Part shown: positions 24,572 to 36,519 of the stretch, one piece after another | How positions within the stretch are numbered: the stretch's first letter is position 1 | Layout of the letters: each line of letters starts with the position of its first letter | Assembly (NCBI RefSeq): GCF_036365525.1 | Contig: NC_090375.1 | Location: forward strand, 199,321,864-199,385,863 | Source of the DNA: Heterodontus francisci | Taxonomy: Eukaryota | Length of the DNA: 64,000 nucleotides | Direction: 5' to 3' | Made by a program: the position numbers and the translations under genes | Notes under the pieces: generated by a model | The model's database searches: none | The model's input: the letters and a program-made list of their open reading frames with translations, nothing else | Told to the model about the DNA's origin: nothing

Positions 24572-24610
24572 CACAGTGTGAAACAGAAAGACAAACTCTG
24601 TACAAAAGCC
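24572..24610 (+). other. 23-RSS of V-B2
   Basis: CACAGTG + 23 nt + ACAAAAGCC. Confidence 0.9.
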
Positions 24611-25383
24611 CTGAAGCACTCGAGCTTTAACTATCAGAAAAACCCACGCACTCCTCGCCTAACCCGTCTAAGCAGCAGCGACACCGCAGTTGTATTTGTC
24701 TCTTAACTTTTTCTGCCTAAACCCAAGAATTGCCAAGTGCTGCGATACCAGCCAAGACTCGGTCATTTTGATCTATTTGCTTCTTCTTAAGTGCCGGACA
24801 TGGCGTTAAAAACCCCAAAGCTGACTTAGTAGGGAGCTCGCGGTCCTTGGTAAAGATGAGCCTGCTCTGTCGGTGTTGCATGGAGGTTCTCCTGAGGGCG
24901 GGTTCGAGTAAAGAGTTGGTCTTTCAGAGACCGATTTCCAGGGTGTGGGATATTCGCTCAATGGCGACCGGATCAGTGTAATCCCGCGGGATGGAGCAGG
25001 CCTGCGCGGAGAGGAGGGGTTGTTTACACTGGGACACTCAGCCAGCTCTGGTCCCATTGCAACAGTGAAGCCGGCATCGCGGACAAACTTCACATGAAGT
25101 AGGAGAGGGGATCCTGGGCTTTATAAACAGAGGCGTAGGATAAAAAGCAGGGAAGTTGTATGAAATCTTTATAAATTACTGACTATATTTCCTGCTGGAG
25201 TACTGTGTCCAATTCTGGGCACAGCACTATAGGAAGGATAACAAAGCCTTGGAGAGGATACACTGGAGTAGTACCAAGGATGAGGAATCTCAGTTCGGTG
25301 GAGAGATTAGAATAGCTGGAGCTGTTTTCTCTTGAGCAGAGAAGGTTAAGAGTAGATTTAATAGAGTTGTTCAAAATTATGAA

Positions 25384-26941
25384 CACACGAACATCCGCAT
25401 TAGGAGAAGGAGTAAACACTCAGCCCTTCGAGCCTCCTCCCTCATTCAATAACTTCATGGCTGAACTGATTACTCCACATTTCCACCTACCCCCAATAAC
25501 CTTCCATCCACTTGCTGATCAAGAATCTATCTACCTCTGCCTTAAAAATATCCAAAGACTCTGCTTCCACCTCCTTTTGAGGAAGAGAATTCCAAAGACT
25601 CACAACCCTCTGAGAGAAAGAACTTCTCCTTATCTCTTCTTAAATGGCTGACCCTTATTTTTAAACAGTGACCCCTGTTTCTCGATTCTGCCACAAGGGG
25701 CATCATCCTTTCCACATTCAACAAATCAAGACCCCTCAGGATCTTATCTGTTTCAATCAAGTCGCCTGTTACTCTTCTAAATTCCAGCAGATACAAGCCT
25801 ATCCTATCCAATCTTTCCTCGTAAGACAGCCCGACCATTCCAGGTATTAGTCTAATAAACCTTCTCTCTGCTGCCTCCAACGCATGTACATCCTTCCTTA
25901 AATAACGAGACCAGTACTGTACACAATACTCGAGATATTGTCTCAGCAATGCCCTGTATAGCTGAAGCATAACCTCTCTGCTTTTGTATTCAATTCCCCA
26001 CGCGATAAATAACAATATTCTATTAGCTTTCCTAATTACGTGCTGTACATTAGTACTGACCTTTTGCAATTCATGGACTAGGCCACCCAAATCCCTCTGC
26101 ATCACAGAGTTCTGCAATCTCTCACCATTTAGATAATTGACTTATTTTCTATTCTTCCTGCCAAAGTGGACAATTTCGCACTTTCCCACATTATACTCCA
26201 TTTGCCAGTTCTTTGCCCACTCACTTAACCTATCTACATCCCTTTGTAGCCCTCTTATATCTTCTTCACAACTTACATCCCTACCTATCTTTGTGTCATC
26301 AGCAAATATAGCAACCATACCTTTGGTCCCTTCATCTAAGTCATTTACATAAATTGTAAAAAATTGCGCCCCGAGCACAGATCCCTGTGGCACAGCACTC
26401 GTTACATCTTGCCAACAAAAAAATGATCCATTTATGCCTACTCTCTGCTTCCTGATAGCTAGCTAATCTTCTATCCATGCCAATATGTTATCCACTACAC
26501 CATGAATTTTTATTTTCCGCAATAACCTTTGATGTGACACCTTATCAAATGCATTCTGGAAATCTAAGTACAGTACATCCACCGGTTCCCCTGTATCCAC
26601 TGCACATGAAACTCCCTCAAATAACTCCAATAAATTGGTGAAACACGACTTCCCTTTCACAAAACCATGTTAACACGGCCTGATTACCTTGAATTTATCT
26701 AAATGCCCAGGTATAATGTCTTTCATAATAGCTTCTAACATTTTCCCGAAGACAGGTGTTAACGAGCCTGTAGTTTCCTGCTTGCTATCTCCCTCCCTTT
26801 TTGAATAAAGGAGTTACACTTGCTATTTTCCAATCTAACGGAACCTTCCCCAAAGCTAGTGAATTTTGGAAAATTAAAATTAACGCATCAACTATCTCAG
26901 TAGCCAATTCTTTTAACACCCTAGGATGAAGTCCATCAGGA
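25384..26941 (-). mobile_element. CR1 LINE RT/3' fragment nested in an older CR1 remnant
   Basis: ORFs 25542..26660 (PQGSVLG, FADDTK); the empty site is at about 56298 in the paralog. Confidence 0.85.
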
Positions 26942-28518
26942 CTGAAAGGTCTTGATAAAATAAATAAGGAGAAATTATTTCCACTGCCAGGAGAGTCACT
27001 AACCAGAGTACACAGATTGAATTGGATAAGAAGCAGAGGGGTGATGAGGAGATTTTGTTTTAGTTGGATTGAGATGTCGAAATTGGACACACTACCTCAG
27101 TGGTGGTGATCCCATAGTAACTTTCAAAAGGAAGTGGGACAAACGTTTGAAAAGGAAACGTTTGCAGGGTTATGTGGAAAGAGCAAGGCATTAGGATTAA
27201 TTGGATCGCTTTTTCAGAAGAGCCAGCACAGGCATGATGGGCCGAATGGCCCCTTCAGTGCTGTAACACTCAGTGATTCTGTCATCTATACATGGAACCA
27301 TCAGTCCCTAAACTCCAACATGTCATGGTCAGCTCATTTACATGAATGGATTCACATTAAAAAAGGCAGGAAACCCCATTAACTTGCTTTCTCACCACAC
27401 ATATCATGAGGTGAAAGTAACTCGAGACCCAGGCTCACACCAGCTGATCTTGGCCTATGGGTCCACTTAGGTACATCGGCTACCATTACCAAAGATGACA
27501 GCCAGAGACTCCCATTTGTTGTGTGGATTGTGGAGCACAACTGTCAAAGGCCCACCCTCCAGCCGATAAAGAATTTACATTTATATTGCACCTTTTACCA
27601 TCTCAGGACGTCCCAAAGTGCTTTACAGCCAACAAAGTACTTTTTCAAGTTGAGATGCTGTTGTAATTAGTCAAAGCGGCTGTCAATTTGCTCACAGCAA
27701 GCTCCTACAAACATCAATAGATAATTAAACTATTTTAGTGACGTTGGTTGAGGGATAAATATTGGCCAGTATACCAAAGAGAACTCCCCTGGTCTTCTTC
27801 AAATAGTGCCATGGGATCTTTTACATCCACCTGACAGGGCAGGCTGGGCCTCAGTTTAAGGTCTCATCTGAAAGACGGCACCTCCCACAGTGCAGCACTC
27901 CCTCATTATTGCACAGTGAGTATCATCTTAGATTAAATGTTCAAGTCTCTGATGTGCGTCTTGGACCCACGAACTTTCTACACTGTCAACGACCAAATTT
28001 TTAGAAACTGAAAATAATCGCCGGGTTTCTATGTCGTGTTAGAGAGCGGGGTTGAAGCAAATATGAAGGACGGAAAGTGAGAAAAAAGCGAAAGTGTGAA
28101 ACGGGGGAAATGACAAATAAATACAGTCAGCAAGACAGGACAGTAAGAACTCCAGTCATATGAGAGAGCGAAACGATTAAAAGCGAATTGTTGGAGACAA
28201 TAATGATTACAAACCTGCATTAATGGGAGTAAAAAACAAGAGCGAGGCAGTAATTTAATTACTTCAATTTTGTATAAAAGGTGCACCGTCTGTAGTTTAC
28301 AATAGGTTTGACTCACTGTGGCTCTCACTTCCTGTATATCAATGGATAAACGCTTAACCATTGAGTAAACAGCGGCGAAGCAATGCTCCAGATCATGAAC
28401 AGATCACGGTACCACCAGGAAGTGGAACCGCTTTTGACTGCATCCGAGTTGCGAGTCATTTCCTGTTTAAGAATCTGGTTTAACAGAGCAAGTGCAACCT
28501 AATCTTCATTGCTGTACC

Positions 28519-29212
28519 ATGTTGTTCCACTGGTTGGTTATTGTGCTGATTCTTTCCTCCAGTAAGTGTGCCAGGAATCAGTTACAATCATAGAATGGTT
28601 GCAGCACAGAAGGAGGCCATTCGGCCTGTCGTGTACGTGCTGACTGTCTGCAAGAGCAACTCACCTAGTCCTCCCTCGTCCTTTCCCTGTCGCCCTGCAT
28701 TTTTTTCCCTTCAGGTGTTTATCCAATTCTCTTTTGAAAGTCACGATTGAATCTGCCTCCAGCACACTCTCAGGCACTGTATTCCAGATCCGAACCACAC
28801 AATGCGTGAAAAATGCTTTTCCTCATGTCAGGTTCGTTTCTTTTGCCACTTGCCTTAAATTGGTGTTTGCTGGTTGTCGACACTTCCGCCAATGGGAACA
28901 ATTTTACTCTATCTACTCTGATTTCTGCCTATCCTTCAAAACTATATGACTTTTCTGTGCTTTCTTTGCAGGTGAATATTTAGCTGAGGCATTGATGCAG
29001 TTTCTGATATCAAGCCTAAGACTACAATGGTCAAAATACAATGTGTGACACAAGCCACTGAAACTATTCACTGGTACCAGCAGCAAACAAACCATGTGCC
29101 TAGAAGAACAATCTGCTATCGCTAAAGAGGAGCAGTGTTGGACCCTGGAATCTCAGTCAAGTTCTCAGCTGAGAAGAATGACTCTTCATTCCTTCTTGTA
29201 ATTGATAACATT
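28519..29212 (+). pseudogene. V segment C2: frameshifted and 3'-truncated by an LTR (leader 28519-28561, V exon 28972-29212)
   Basis: Leader MLFHWLVIVLILSS|GTAAGT; 7-nt deletion in FR1 relative to C3; ...IHWYQQ...KFSAEKNDSSFLLVIDNI, then the LTR; no Cys104 or RSS. Confidence 0.85.
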
Positions 29213-32200
29213 TGATACAAACGGGTGAGGAAAGCGTCTCAGACTCCGCTCTTGGCCCTTTCTTGGTTTGGCCAGAACAGGGTTTAAATTTTCAAAGATG
29301 CTACTTTAGCTTCACCTCAGTGAGTCCTTGTTGACTGCTCTCCAATTGTAACTGTAAATGAACCAATCAGACACGGTTTCTCAGGTTTAAACAGGAAAGG
29401 TGTAAGTTTATTAACCTTAACACTCTAACTCAGTTAAAGTTAATAAAATTATGCGACACAATCACACTAGTAAGCATACACAATACACACACACACAAAT
29501 GAAGACAGAGGAGGAGAAAGAGTTAAGTGGGGGGTGGGTGTGGAGTAATAAATAGAATATAGTTACTGTCTTTGGTTTGGATGTAAAGACCTTGATTGGA
29601 GTTAAGTCCTGCAATTCTTGCTGGGGCCCAGTGCACACTTTCAAACTTATTTCGCTGGTACCAAAAGACTGAAGAAGTCCTCTTAATGTGCTTCCGTGGG
29701 TCCCTGGAACTTTGCTGGAGAGAGGGAGAGAGAGAGAGGGGTGCTTTCTTCTTGAAATTCAGTTGCAGTCTGCCCCAATACTTTTTGTGCGGCAAAATTC
29801 AGTCAGTTCCCAGGTTAGCCGGCAGGTTAGTCATGTTACCAGCTGAAACAGCATTGTCTGCGAGGGTTGGTGATTCTTCAAAGCTTACGAGACACACTGA
29901 GTGGGGGAGGGGATGGAGTGGAGTGCTGGCTCTTACACAAACAATGGCACTCATTGTTTTTGGATCATCACTATTGACAAAAGCCACCTCACTAATTGAA
30001 TCAGGGAACACTCCCATTGTCTTTCTATTCAACTGTCTCTCAGAATGCAAATGCACAGCCATGTTTTCAGCCATCCAGCTCTGTGGTCTTTTTAAACAAG
30101 GTATGTTCAATGTCCAGTAAAAGTGCAAATAGTGTTCCATATGATAAAATTGATATGTTTGCATTTGGTAGGTGTGGTTTCGTCAAACCTCCACCTCTCG
30201 CCGAATGAAATGTGACATTAGCGGGTGCATTTCATTATAAATTAGAAAGAAGAGAAAGTACAGGAAAACACACACGCATTTCTCTCATTCATTCTCATTC
30301 ATTCAGAAACCTTAAAATTGCTTCAGCCTGTCTTTCCTTGTAGCAGTGCTCCTTTGGAGTGCCCCTTTGTCCTTGAGGTAGATCTGAGATAGTTATGTGT
30401 TGCTCAAGGGTTTTAACGTTTCTTCACAGTCTGCAATACGTTGGGAATGGGCATCCCAATAAACATGCGATTTTTGGGAAGGTTTGAAGTTTGCGCATTT
30501 CCTTGATTTTCTAGGGTGTGTTTGTTCCTGTTGGGGTCTGCAGGGTGATGGTTAGATTTAATTAGCCCGGGTTTGGAGCTTTGATCATGGAAGGCGGAAG
30601 TGGGTGGATCCACTCTGATCTCCCTTTCAGCGCTCTGAAGAGTCATGCAAGTGCTTTTCTCTTTCGGGTATTTTGGGTTCCTGACTGTGGGGATGGATTC
30701 TTTGCTAATCTCATTGTCCTCTGGGACATTCCTGCATGCAGGTATTTGGCCAGATTCCACTGCACTCTCCTGGTGCACTTCGACTAGGGAAGGCATCACC
30801 CTCAATGTTCTCTGCCATCTTGAGGACTTTCTTTGACCCTGCAGGTTTCTGTAAATGCTGTTAGCAACCCTGGTGGGCTTCTTCTGGTGTCTGCATTTAC
30901 ACAGGAGGATGAGGGGCCTTATTTTGCCCACAATTCGGGGTTGGCTGACTGGACAGTAGGGGCTTTCATTTGGGAATCCTCCTAGACCTCCTTTAACCTG
31001 CCCTCTTGGTCCCTTTTCCCCTTTACTCTCTAACGTTTAGCCAGCCCTGCGATTGTTTGTCCCCTTTTCTTCTTGACAGGGGTCCCATACAGTTCACCGG
31101 CACGCTGGTCCTCCAAATGCCAGTACAGGAATTAGGGGTATAGATTTCACTGTGGGTTGAGGTTTTCCCTCAACCTGGTACATGTGGCTACTCCTACAGT
31201 ACTCCACCACACCTTTGTGGAGTTTTTGCTTGTCAAATGCTGTCTTATGCGGGCTTTGGTTTTTTGTATACCGACATTTAGAACCTCATGGGCCATTCTT
31301 AATATTTCCCTCCAGCACCTCTGCGGCACCACTAACAGTTGAAGCACTGCCCACTTTTTGTCCTCAGGTCTGTGAGTAGAACTCTACTTCCTCATCAGTA
31401 CCTCATTCTTTAAATAGTAGTAATCAAGGAATCCCTCTGCTTCAATTTCAGTCTGGGCAGCCTGTGCTAATTCTTTCAATACTGAGTTGGCTTGCTGAGC
31501 CTAAGCTAGGGAAGATCCATTTAATCCGTTGTTTGGGTCCTTTAACTTTCCAAAGAAAATTTCAGACCGACAAACAGCATGGTCATCTGTCTGCAGAGTC
31601 AATTCAGTCTCCTCTGGGCGAGCAGGTTTGGTCATGGCCCAATTCACTACACATTCAGGGGAACTGCAGGGGACTGTTTCCTTCCACTGCCCTTTTTCTC
31701 TGAACTCCTTCAGTCTCTCTTCACTACTGGGAAGTTACCACCTTCGCCCCTGCCAGATCATTATCTAGGAGCAGGTCAACCCCATCCACAGGTAAACTCG
31801 GAATAATCCCTACAGTCACTGGTCCCGAAACTAGGTCGCACTCCAAGTGTACCCAGTGTAAAGGTATGGGTGTACACTGCCCTCCAATACCGTTCACTAA
31901 CACTTTGGTATTTTCTGCACTCTCTGGGGGAAAGGTCAGACCTTTTCCTATCAAAAAGGATCTCGTGCCCCCTGTATTCCTGAGGATTACTATGGGCTTA
32001 TTTGCCCCACTCACGGGGTATGGGGTTGCTCTCCATTTAGATACAAAATCCTGATCACTTTCAGGGATCGTATTAAATTATCCTGCTCCCCAGCAGAATG
32101 TTTTCTGGGTCTTACTACTGCTGCAGTCAAAGGCACAGCTTGGTTTGCTGCGCTTTCCATCAGGGTCCCTTCTCCTTCATGGAGTGGGTGTGCCCTGATT

Positions 32201-33195
32201 AACCCTCAGGCTTTCCCTGTAGTTTCCAGCAGTCAGCTCTTAGATGACCTGCATCATTACAATGGAAACACAGGCCTCTGGGTCTCACCCCTACTTGGAA
32301 CGCTATCCTTTTTGGCTGGAGGAGGGTCCCCTGTGTGTCCAAATTTTCTTTTTCACCCAGGACTGTTTGGGTTCCTATCACCTTCCTACCCTTTGTCCTT
32401 TTCAGATTTGTGGGGGTGACTATGAAAGGTTTTCCCCTGAGGAACTGACTTGTATATCACAGCAAACGCATCAGCCAGAACTGCGGTTGGCCTCGCTCTA
32501 TGTACTTTTTGTTTCTCCACGTGGGTCTTTATGGGGAGTGGGAGAGAGTTTTTAAATTCCTCGAGGAGAATTACCTCTTTGAGGTTTTCATAGCTGGGCT
32601 GCACTTTAAGAGCCCTCAAACACTGATCAAAAGCCAACTGCTTATTTCTCTCAAACTCCAAGTAAGTTTGATCAGCCATTTGCCTGAGTGTTTGGAACTT
32701 CTGGTGGTAGGCTTCTGGTGCTATCTCATATGCCCGAGGATAGCATTTTTTGTCAGTTCATAAATTGATGAACTCTCATCTGACAATAGGGTATAAACCT
32801 CATGGGCTTTTTTCTGTGAGCTGACTTTGCAGCAGGAAAGTTGAACTCTCAGACAGCCATTTTAACTGTCTTGAAAAAGATATAAAAAATGCTTCCACAT
32901 CACCCTCATTAAATTGTGGAATCAGTTGGGAAAATTTTAAAAACTCAGTACACAGCCCCAAATTACTATGCTCCATATTTTCATTGGGATTACTCTGTCG
33001 TCCCCTTGGTTAACTCAAGCCGCCTCCGCTCTCTTTCCTCCTGTTCCTTCTGGAAATTACTTTCTCTCTCTCAATACTGTCATTTTCTCTCTCTCTCTTC
33101 CCTTGCTTTTTCTTTCTCCTGTCTCTCCCTTTCTATCTCTCTTTCACTGTCTTCTAATTCAAATTTCCTCTCTTTCCAATTGTATATTTGCTAAC
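29213..33195 (-). mobile_element. Gypsy LTR retrotransposon remnant, Gmr1-like (3' LTR about 29213-30185; SCAN-like gag, zinc knuckle, protease, integrase N-terminus)
   Basis: EVILLEEFKNSLP (SCAN-like), CFHCNDAGHLRADC (CCHC), ILRNTGG (protease), QLLVVP...EILRMAHE (integrase Zn domain) directly after the protease; purine tract next to the TG..CA LTR. Confidence 0.8.
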
Positions 33196-34594
33196 CAGTG
33201 AGGGATGGGCACTTTACCTGGCAGCCTCTTTGGAGGCTGGGGGCGACCCAGCTGTTCAGGAACCCTGTGCAATATGCAGGGACACCCCGCGCAGCACGCG
33301 CTGCCTGCCCCGGCTGGAACAGCTCCCCTGCCCTCGCTAGTGACTGTCTGATTGAACCCTGCGAGCTCCGACCGCACTGACCTGTTCCAAGGCCTGCTTC
33401 CATTATGGCTCTTCTCGCTGGGCGCTGATTGGCCTACAGCTCTTGTAGGCGGGACATCCTGTCTCGGAGTGGGCAAACCAGGCAATTAATACGCAAAATA
33501 ACGTCCTGGCTTCCAGGGGTGCTGGAGGCGGGTTGGCCCCCAACTTTCAGCCGGTGGGCAGGACCATTGCCACCTCGTGATTCCGGCCATTGTGTGGGTT
33601 CCTGTGCGGAAGGGCGGAAGGCCAAGATTCGCTCCAAGATTGGACCCCAGACTCTGACATGTTTCCAGTTCCAGGGGTAGGCCGAACATCACCCATTCTG
33701 ATTTCCATTTCATTTTACCCAGGCTGTTCACTCCTGTGGGTGGTGGTCGGGTGAATGGCTGATGTGATATTGAGCTTGATATTGAGCTTATTGAGCGAAG
33801 CAGCTGTTACTCTGCCTGCTATCATTTGGAAATTGTACATACAGTCTTTCAAACATGTTCTTTATTGCCTGATTGATAGTGAATCGGAGCAAAGACTAAA
33901 ATATGAAGATGAACACAGATGCAGATGAGCACCTGCTGTTTGAAATTGGTGGCTTCCGAGCTGGTGGATTGGCGTCAATGGTTATATTGGGAAAGGCGTG
34001 GGCTCATCAGTGAACAATGCAGGATATAAAGCTGGGTAGATCTTCAGAAGTTTTGTTTAATTTAACTTTGGACAGCAGAGTGAAACTTCGCAGAACATTT
34101 CCTCAGCACGGGACAGACTTGATCGAGCAGATTACAGAGCAGGTTTTATGTAGTTCGTGGAAGGATTGGGTATCGTGGGCCAGGTGGCTTTATACTTCTT
34201 TTAGCAGATGTGAGGCTGATTCATTTATGCCTTTGAAGCGTATGAATGATCTGTTCCGCTTTAACTGTGGACCTGGATAGTCTGGCCAGCTAGGGCAGAT
34301 TAAAGGATAGAAAGAAGAAATAACTTACGTTTGTGTAGCATCTTTCAGGAACTCGAGACCTCCCAAAGTTTTCACTGTTATTCAAGTGGTGCAATCCTTG
34401 GATATGCAGCAGCCAATTTACACACAGCAATATCCCTTATACAGCAATAAGCTAAATAGCAAAAGAAAATGTTTTAGTGACGTTGGTTGAGGATAAGTAT
34501 TGGTCAGGACACCGGGAAAACGTCTTTGCGTTATTTGTACAGGGCCGTATATTAATTTGCACTCACCTCAGAGGGTCAATACGGTCTCAGTTTA

Positions 34595-34785
34595 AAAGAA
34601 AGGAGAGGAGAGAAAGAAATACCGAGAGAGTGAAAGATAGAAAGTGAGAGAGACAGCGAGAGAAAGACAAAAATAGAGAGTAATAGAGAGAATGAAAGAG
34701 AGAAACAGAGAGGAGAGAGAACAAAATAGAAAGAGAACAAGAGAGACAGAGAGAAATAGAGAGAATAAGACAAAGAGGTAATAGA
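34595..34785. repeat. Degenerate GA-rich microsatellite
   Basis: (GA/GAAA)n low-complexity tract. Confidence 0.8.
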
Positions 34786-35331
34786 TACACTATACAGGGC
34801 TCTAGGCAGATCACATTGAATAATCACAAGACACACAGGAGACAATGTGCTGGAGGCAGTACAGAGAGGTGTGAAGAGGTTGGTCCTGTTTTCAGGAGTA
34901 TGAGTTCTGGACGAAGATTGATTGGTTCTGGTGAGAAAGTGTCCGAGAGAAGTTCTTAAAGGTGTGTAAGATTGTTACCGGAATGGAAGAGGTAGATGTG
35001 TAATGTTACTTTCATTTAAACTGTAGTAATAGGACAAGGAACCACGAGCCAACCATGTAGAAGGAAACTCTCGGGCGAGATCAGAAAGCTGGTCACCCAG
35101 CGAGTGATCACGCTTGGAATGGACTCCAGGGCAGCGTGGTTGAGATGAAAGCCTGTTTTAATGAAATAGTGAATAACAAGATGAAACGTCACAGCCACCA
35201 AATGGAAACGCCACCCTTGAGGCCACATGGAAATTCAGCAATGCGTGAAACTGATTGACAATTTCCGGTATCTCAGCGTCCCAGTACAAGTATTTGTAAA
35301 CCTGGATCAGTTCTGTGTTGGGTGCACAAAC

Positions 35332-35776
35332 ATGAAGGGTCAAGTCATTGTGGTTTTACTCATCACCTTCCTCGGTCAGTAATTTAGGTTCTAACTGATT
35401 ATTTTTATTAATCTCTCGCCTCCGCTTTGTGAAATATTCTAATTGATTTCTATTCTTCTCTCTTGCAGGGAAATCTGTTGCACAAACCTTGACCCAGTCC
35501 CCATTTTCGATGACCAGAGCTCCGACGAAAACTGCACGGTTTTACTGTAAGGTTGAAGGGACAAATTTCGAAGATGCCGTTATCCACTGGTACCGGCAGA
35601 TCCCGGGTCAAGGGCTGCAACGCATGTTATATTTTAAGAATCCATCTGAGACTTTGAAGGATATGACCGACAAAGACATTTTAGCTAAAAAAGAATCCAA
35701 AACTAAATCCTGCACCCTGCTCATGTGGAATATCCAGGAGGATGACGCTGGGACCTATTACTGTGCCTACTGGGAC
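35332..35776 (+). CDS. TRGV: TCR gamma-like V segment D2, apparently functional (leader 35332-35374, V exon 35469-35776)
   Basis: Leader MKGQVIVVLLITFL; QTLTQSPFSMTRAPTKTARFYC...IHWY...YYCAYWD; open frame. Confidence 0.92.
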
Positions 35777-35815
35777 CACAGTGACTGAAAGCGAAGGGAA
35801 ACCCATGCAAAAACC
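35777..35815 (+). other. 23-RSS of V-D2
   Basis: CACAGTG + 23 nt + GCAAAAACC. Confidence 0.92.
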
Positions 35816-36091
35816 GAACCTGCACGAACACCATCATGCTCAGCCTGTGCAAGCTGTTCACACACAAACCACAGGTGCAGATTTCCATGAGCTTTTAATT
35901 CAAAGTGTGCTGGGTATTTTCAGAATGTTATTTGCATAATATTTTTGAGCTGGGATGAATAAAATTGATTTGCTAACTCAGTGAGACAGTATGACAGATC
36001 TGTCTTTATTCTATAAATGGATATAACAATTCACTTACTGTTTAAACTAACAGTCCCTTTATCACATTCTAGAAAACCGCTGTAAGTTTCA

Positions 36092-36302
36092 AAGCGGGTC
36101 TGGTAGCATCTGTGTGGAGAGAAACCGAGTTAACGTTTCCGGTCTGTGATCTTTCATAAAAACTTTGTTCTGATGAAACGTCAGAGATGTGAAACGTTAA
36201 TTCTGTTTCTATCTACACAGATGCTGCCAGACCTGCTGAGTATTTCCAGCACTTTCTGTTCGCATTTCAGAGTTCCAGCACCCGCAGTATTTTGCTCTAA
36301 TA
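36092..36302. mobile_element. Short Penelope terminal-repeat insertion made of two inverted halves, with hammerhead motif at 36166-36202
   Basis: 36095-36160 is the reverse complement of about 36170-36235; absent from the paralogous site near 9375. Confidence 0.7.
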
Positions 36303-36519
36303 TAAGATTCATAGTCTCCAGTGGCCGCACGGTCCTCTATGAACAAGCTACCTCAACCACTAAATCAACACTAATGATATTTGCAGTCACTGATCTGTCA
36401 TTAGAAATTAGGAATAGGAATAGCTCTTAGAGCCTGTCCCCCTGTTCAACGAAATCTTGACTGATCTGTGATTTAATTCCATGTACCCAACTCGGCCCCA
36501 TATCCTGTAGCCGGAAGGT

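Noticed and set aside
24620-25090. CpG-rich stretch with ORFs downstream of V-B (paralog 54540-54990)
   Set aside because: No recognisable domain, and the similarity is explained by the duplication; I could not classify it.
35930-35937. Octamer ATTTGCAT
   Set aside because: It lies downstream of the V-D2 RSS, far from any leader, and is absent from the paralogous flank of D1.
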